Positions 57,990 to 64,000 of a stretch of DNA of 64,000 bases are shown here, in pieces; the first letter of the stretch is position 1, and each line of letters opens with the position of its first letter. Below the pieces are notes generated by a model. It was not told the origin of the DNA, did not search any database, and was given only the letters and a program-made list of their open reading frames with translations. Made by a program: the position numbers and the translations under genes. This stretch comes from Eukaryota sp. TZLM1-RC (taxonomy: Eukaryota > Protista > Metamonada: BaSk clade), in assembly GCA_040285825.1 (NCBI GenBank), contig JAUPSS010000003.1, positions 1,860,001-1,924,000 on the forward strand, read 5' to 3'.

Positions 57990-59430
57990 ATCAGTTTTTT
58001 TCAACTTGGACATCATAAAATATAAGTACTTGGGAACACTTCTGTACAAAGCAAACATGATACGATTTTACCATAAATTCTTTGCAAAATTCTTACCACT
58101 TGAACGACATAAATTATCAAAATCATTAAGAAAATTGAAGGCAGGCTGTCCAATGTTGCCATCAATCGAGAAGGCAAAAAGAACAAACAAAAATTTCGAG
58201 TAAAGGTTCTTATTTTAAACCTTCAATATCTCAGTATATTTGTCTATTGTGCGAACCTCAGCCCTGTTTAAATGACCATTAAAACTAAGTAAAACATCAT
58301 CACGATAAATAAAAGCACATGGATCGACTGTAGTAAAATCAACAACAAATTGAGAGGAATTTACAAAAGGATCGATTAAATCACTTCGACGTGAATTAAA
58401 TAAATTATTATCGCTATAATGCTTCAACAACGGTTCTACTTTGCACCTAAAATTGTAACACTTAATCATCTCATATGTCACATCACGAACGGCATTATGA
58501 AGAACTGACCGATATTGAAAAATTTCTTACAACTTACAATATGACGGATATTGACAGTCAATTTTTCGTTACAAATACAAACAGAATTTTCCCAAATGCC
58601 ACTTGGATACAGCCCTAATCTCAAACGCATGTTTTGTTTCCAAGTTTCATCTGTTAAATGAAAACCAAATGGCAGATATTAAACTAGTGCAATTCTGAAT
58701 GTCTGATAAAAAGGCAAGCAAAACTGGATTATTAATCTTAGTCACACTAAGTCGTTTAGAGAAATCCAGGTCCTCAAAAACAATTAAAACAAACTTCAGT
58801 AATTTCACAACAGCAAGATCAAGATAAGTCAAAGATCTCAAAGGTACAGAAGGCAAAATGGAAGGAAAACACTTATTCCACACATCAATAGGTAGTTCCT
58901 GCACCATGTTTTCTAGTGAAATCAATAATGGATGTGAAAAATTCGAAGGGCTTTCATCAAATTAGAGTTTCCAATCAAAAATTTTTTCATTCCACCAATG
59001 AAAGCACTTTTGCATTAGTACACGGCTTTTGAAAAACCAACTTCTGCAAATTAAGGACTAAAAAATGCGTGCCAAGGAATTTTTGTTGGACAAACTTCCA
59101 CTAAATCTCCTGAAAAATTGATTCTCAGAACCTTAAATTGACGTGCAAAATCATGTGAAATTGTAGGAGATAAAGAACGAAGAAGGTGATTAATTTTCGA
59201 TCCAAAACACACATTCAGAATTGAAAACGCTGAATGCTTGTCATTTTTAGTTCTTGAATAGCTAAAAGTTGCTCTTCAATTTTTCCCAAAATACATGTCA
59301 AAATCGATTTAATATTCTCACTACTTCCAAACTAAGACCCAAGAAAACGAATCGCGTCTGCTTTATAATCAACATATTTGATGAAAGTTTCATTAAATGC
59401 TACCTCAACATTCTGATTACCTACGATACT
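57990..59430 (-). mobile_element. Degenerate family D non-LTR 3' half
   Basis: VEPLL..RRSDL..VVDFTTVDP RLE; matches 37802-38260. Confidence 0.85.
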
Positions 59431-60359
59431 TTAGTGATTTATAGTTATTAGTTTACATTAGAATTTAGTATTTTGTTCTAGTATATTTAGTTATTTGTAT
59501 ATGGTTTGAGTTTCATATTCATATAAAATGATTTATTTTGAAGGAGGGAAGAAGCAGTATTGGCGCCATAAGGCTTATATAATATGATGAGAAAATAAAT
59601 CAACTTTTCCTCATTGACTTTTCCTTACTACAATAGACTTTTGGCAACATAAGGGAATATTCCTTTTTCATCTACTTATGCTAAAATATTTTGAGCTATA
59701 TAATCATGAGTCTCAACCGGATTTTATCTACATTTTTCCACACGATTTGCTGTTGGTGTCTAATAATTATCTTGAGTCCCATCGTATTGAGTCAATATTT
59801 ATGATGTCTTATGATATCATGTTCAACTTTAATGATGATGAATACAACCAGAATTTTCCAAAAGTTGTTCACTCATCATAATAGGAGGAATTGCGTTATT
59901 TAGTTGATGAGGATAATAATATGTGTAATTGATAATAATAGTTAAATCAATTGAGGAACTGTGAACGTTTTACCCCAAAAAAGAGTACAGAATCAGTTTC
60001 ACTGAGACTGATTTTTTGATTGGCGTAAATCTAAAATAGAATTTGCGGCAATAAAGGGCATTAAGCAAGAATTTCATCCACCCACTACTGAATGGTAAAA
60101 GGACAAGAGGTAAAAAAAGAGAAGGAAACTGGAAAAAAACATAGAGTTTAGACGGAGTAACTACGATCAGAACAGCTAGATGCTCAATGGAGCTGATGTT
60201 GATGACCACTAATAGAGATACAGTTGATAGGTATTTGATACCATTGTGGAAATTGGCAATCAATTTGAAATTGCAATCAGTATGTCAGACATCGTGTCAG
60301 ACAGTAAGATTATCATGACTCCTTTTTCATTCTTCTAACATCATGCAGTGAAAAGAGAA

Positions 60360-60460
60360 GAAAGAAAACAAGGTTACGGACCCGGTTCCCACCTCCTCCT
60401 TTTACCTGTTCTTCCCGACAGCAGAGTACTTCCTCCCGGACTCCTCAGTCAAGAACAGTC
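60360..60460 (+). mobile_element. Possible remnant of a related gag 5' end
   Basis: TTCCTCCCGGACTCCTCAGTC is a 20/21 match to the gag SSRTPQS codons near 37540-37560; similar GACCCGG-TCCCACCTCC motif at ~57341. Confidence 0.4.
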
Positions 60461-60662
60461 ATTCTGCTTTACAGAAATAAACGGAAGGTCAGAGCCTCGA
60501 TTTTTAATCGGAATCGTCGTTCTGATCCTTCCGTGGGGGTAAAGTATTGCACTTTTTTCAGTCATTATGTGATCATGACATTGGTGCTGAATTAGTCATG
60601 GTGATAATCACCTTGGGTATGGGAAATTCTTCTTTATGGTTTGTTTCACATTGTTGAAACTT

Positions 60663-60888
60663 TGATGTTTTTGATATTGTTGATTTGTTTGGTTTAGGTA
60701 CTTGCACTTTGGATATGGCATGTTTTGTTTGGTTTTGTTTGGTCTTGCATTGTTGTCTTGATGTTTTTCAGTTTGTTGTTTTTTGTGGTTTACGTACTTG
60801 TACTGCAGACATCGGATGTTTGTTTTGTTTATGTTTTGTTTTACATAGTTGTTTTGATGTTGATGAGTTTGCTCATTCTTGTGGTTTA
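60663..60888. repeat. Degenerate 96-bp tandem repeat (~2.3 units)
   Basis: TGATGTT unit starts at 60663, 60759 and 60855 with shared GGTTTA-GTACTTG. Confidence 0.7.
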
Positions 60889-60889
60889 G

Positions 60890-63830
60890 ATTTTTTTTCC
60901 AATAAAATCCTTTATTTCCAACGCTAACATAACATTAAACAAAAAACTAGAACTCAATTTCCTCAATACATGCATCAACATCATCAAATCTTTTAAGCGC
61001 GCGATTTTCATACTCTATTCCCATTTGTAACAGTGCAATGGTCAACATTTGTGGAATTGCTTTAAGAATACTAAAAAACAATTCTATTGTGCCAGAAATT
61101 GAACTTCAATTCTTTTCCTGCTCTTTCTTTTATTAAACTTCTGAAACCTTCAAGAAATTTAATGCCAGATATTCCAATGTTACCAAAAAGAGAAACAGCA
61201 AATGGAACCAGCTGATACTTTACATGCTCAACTCGTTCTAGCTGAGATAAGGGTTCATTGTACTTTTTGATTTTGCTCTTTTCAGCAAAGCAAAATGGAG
61301 TTTCATCTTTTTTAGCAAAATCAATTGCTGAGTCTTTACAAACATCAACAGTGACAACATCAACAACTTTAAGAACACCATCAGACCCAGGGGTAATTAA
61401 ATCAGCACGGCGTTTCCCAAAAGTATTTTCATCTTCATTTTCAGATGACAACCTTCGCACAACTGGTTCAACAAAAGCTTCAATGTGATGACTTTTGCAC
61501 ATTGCGTATAGTTGGTCTCTAACAGCATCGTGAACAATTGAGCGACATGTAATATTAAATTTGCAATTAAATAAATGATTCAGATTAATAAGCTGACCAC
61601 AACGACAAATCAAATCATTTGGCACACTACATGGCCACAGAAAACACCTCATCCTGAGGGCTGTTGTCCATTGATGATCATTTAATAATAAACCATATAC
61701 ATTTGGAATCTGGGAAATAAGACAACTTGAGCTACTTTCCTTAAGGTCAATTAAAAAGTTTGCAAAAACGGGATTCTTTTCTTTAGCCAAGCTAAGACGA
61801 ACAGTGAAATCCAAGTTTTCAAAAACTTTTAATATCTTTTTCTGCAATTTAGCATATGCAAATTTCAAAGAAATCAAACTCCTGGGTGGAATTTCTTGAA
61901 TATCAGCAGGAAAGCATTTGGACCATATGTGAGGAGAGATGCATTCAATTTCACTCTGCAAGGACACTAAATAGTCACTGACACAACATTCTATAAAATG
62001 TTGTTTTTCAGGAAAACGTTTCAAAAATTCAAAAACGAAATTTTTGCCGCCACCGATGAATGCGGCTTTACACAAATATTTTGATTTGTGAAAATCCAGG
62101 CCTTTCAATTCGGTGCTACAAAAAATATGACTACGTAAAAAAGAAGAATCAATATCAAGCAAATTAGCCAAAAATTTTGTTCTTAATTCATTCAAAATTC
62201 TGCAAAATTCGAAAGAAATAGATGGTGATGTTGAACGTAAAATATGAGTTAATTTCCCTGAATAACAAATTCTGAGGAAGAAAAATTTAAGATGTTATTC
62301 AATATTTAAATCTGAAAGAACCATCAATTCTTCTTCAAAATTATCCAAAAGAGAGGAAAGTTGATTTCGAATTTCATCAAAATTGCCTAAATAACAACCT
62401 AAAAAACGAAATCCTGATTCAAAATAATTGATAAAAGGAACAGTTTGATCATCAATAATGAGATCAGCAGGCTCTCTACCAATTAATAAACATTTGGAAA
62501 TATTTAGAGAAAGACCAATTTGATAATAGCGATGTTGAACAATCTCAGCAATGGTTCGCAATGAATCAATTGGACCAATTATTGATATGTCATCCATATA
62601 AGCAGTTATATGAACATCTGGAAATTCTTGTTTTAATTTACACATTAAAGGATGGATAGCAAGGCAGAAAAAGAAAGGACCTAATGGATCGCCTTGTTTG
62701 ACACCAGATGATGATATTAGATTGATTTCCTCATAAACAAGAGTCGACTGTGAGCCATAAAAAATGTAAAAGAACGACTCAGCTTCTGGAAAATGAGTTT
62801 GAAGCAAGGGCAAGATGGATGACCTCTTCACTGCATTAAAAGCGTTTTTAAAATCTAAATTAACAATATAATTCGAAGTATTTGAATTAAAAAAGACATC
62901 AGAAGAGAGTGCTGCAGAAGATGCACCATCAACTGTTTTAATTCTAAATTGGAAAGGATTAAAAAATTCTTTAGCTTTTTTACCAATCTTGCAAAACACA
63001 GCTGCAGCAAGAATACGAGACAAAGATTCACCAATTGCAATAAGCCGTATTTTTGATTCATTCTTTTTTAAAGCAATTAAGCGTGAACTTGTCATTTCAT
63101 ATGGAAGCTTGATTTTTGTTAAAATTTTGATGAAAAAGAAATCCAAATCATCAATGCATTCAGGACATTAGTTTATCGTGGATTTTAACATGTCAAAAGT
63201 GATCATTGATGGACCAGGCGCTTTTCCAGATGGTAAGTGGTTAATCAATTTAATTAGTTCATCATTAGTTACGGGATTTTGTTCCCAATAACTTACATTA
63301 TTAGGTTTAGGGCATTGAAAATTTTCAACAGGATGGAGACTCTTTAGTTGAGCAATAGTATTTTCATTACATTCAGCAAGTTCAGATGAAAACAGGCATT
63401 GCTTAGCGGAACCATAGCGTCCCTTTAAAGCTAATTTTCGAACAATTTTTTCTTTCTTCATTACTGAAGGACGAAATTTTGATTTCGATGACAATAATTT
63501 TTTATTTTTAAGCAAAAAAAATTTCCATAACGGTGTTACATCCCAAATGCCTTTTTTAAAATTGTTAGTAAATTTTCGAAAACTAATTGAAAAGGGGATG
63601 CAAGAAAGAGGACTTATCTGTGATGGAACATGTATTGGAGGCCTCAAGGAATCAACAGCTTTACATGATTCGCAAAAACGTAATGGTCGGCCAGAAGAAT
63701 TAATGCCCAAATTTTTGGCACAAAATATACACTTATTATTCAGAGAGAGATTTGCTTTAGATTTTTACTCTTTAGATACGGGATGTTGTGTCTTAAATTG
63801 TTTTTTTTTTGCTAATTTTGAGGTTGATTA
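60890..63830 (-). mobile_element. Longest RLE non-LTR copy (family C), with stops and frameshifts
   Basis: N-terminal CIFC..CESC finger, KAPGPS, RLIAIGE, LDFKNAFN, GVKQGDPLGP, YMDD, CRC..H..C, HDAVRD-EP-RADL-VDV, short A tail. Confidence 0.93.
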
Positions 63831-63915
63831 TTATGTTTATAATTTATCTTTTCTATCCGGTAGCTGCAAACATCTTCTGTCAACAAACCCATTTACTATT
63901 GATTTCACAATGGTT

Positions 63916-63942
63916 GGAGATGTTGAAGCACATCCTGGTCCC
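63916..63942 (+). other. 2A-like (StopGo) motif GDVEAHPGP
   Basis: Matches G-D-V/I-E-x-N-P-G-P with N replaced by H. Confidence 0.6.
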
Positions 63943-64000
63943 AGAAAGAGAAGATCTAATTTTAAATCAACTTCTTCATAAAAAATTGATAGAAAAATTG

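Noticed and set aside
58755-58775. NPGP on the plus strand as a second 2A motif
   Set aside because: Preceded by a stop, no DxE, and antisense to family D coding sequence
60685-60927. Cys-rich repeat peptide on the plus strand
   Set aside because: Product of a TG-rich 96-bp repeat; no ATG start or family signature
1-64000. CRISPR arrays, tRNA/rRNA genes, hammerhead or HDV ribozymes
   Set aside because: No repeat-spacer periodicity or cloverleaf seen; the CTGATGA hits I checked lacked supporting stems. A covariance-model scan would be needed to exclude these formally

Overview
AT-rich, gene-compact eukaryotic (protist-like) DNA using the standard code, with tiny 27-34 nt spliceosomal introns. 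Host genes: Rab32-family GTPase, BLTP2/FMP27 lipid-transfer protein, eL43, eL6, TAF9, a formate/nitrite transporter, a CPBP protease, a DUF3293 protein, two small Zn-finger proteins and an inverted pair of coiled-coil genes. They sit among many truncated restriction-like-endonuclease (RLE, CRE-like) non-LTR retrotransposons and a young Ty3/gypsy LTR element that contains a complete hAT transposon. Two highlights are not evident from the ORF track. (1) A duplicated ~1125-aa protein whose motifs follow the SAMD9/9L antiviral architecture (Schlafen AlbA_2, SIR2-like, P-loop, helical), probably with a spliced C-terminal VWA exon in one copy. (2) A decayed Fanzor1-like (eukaryotic TnpB) RNA-guided nuclease gene split by a retrotransposon insertion and followed by hairpins at the expected omega-RNA position. 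Also seen: a 2A-like StopGo motif, an in-frame gag/pol stop and a GT-TG intron. All family calls come from motif recognition by eye; no database searches were run.
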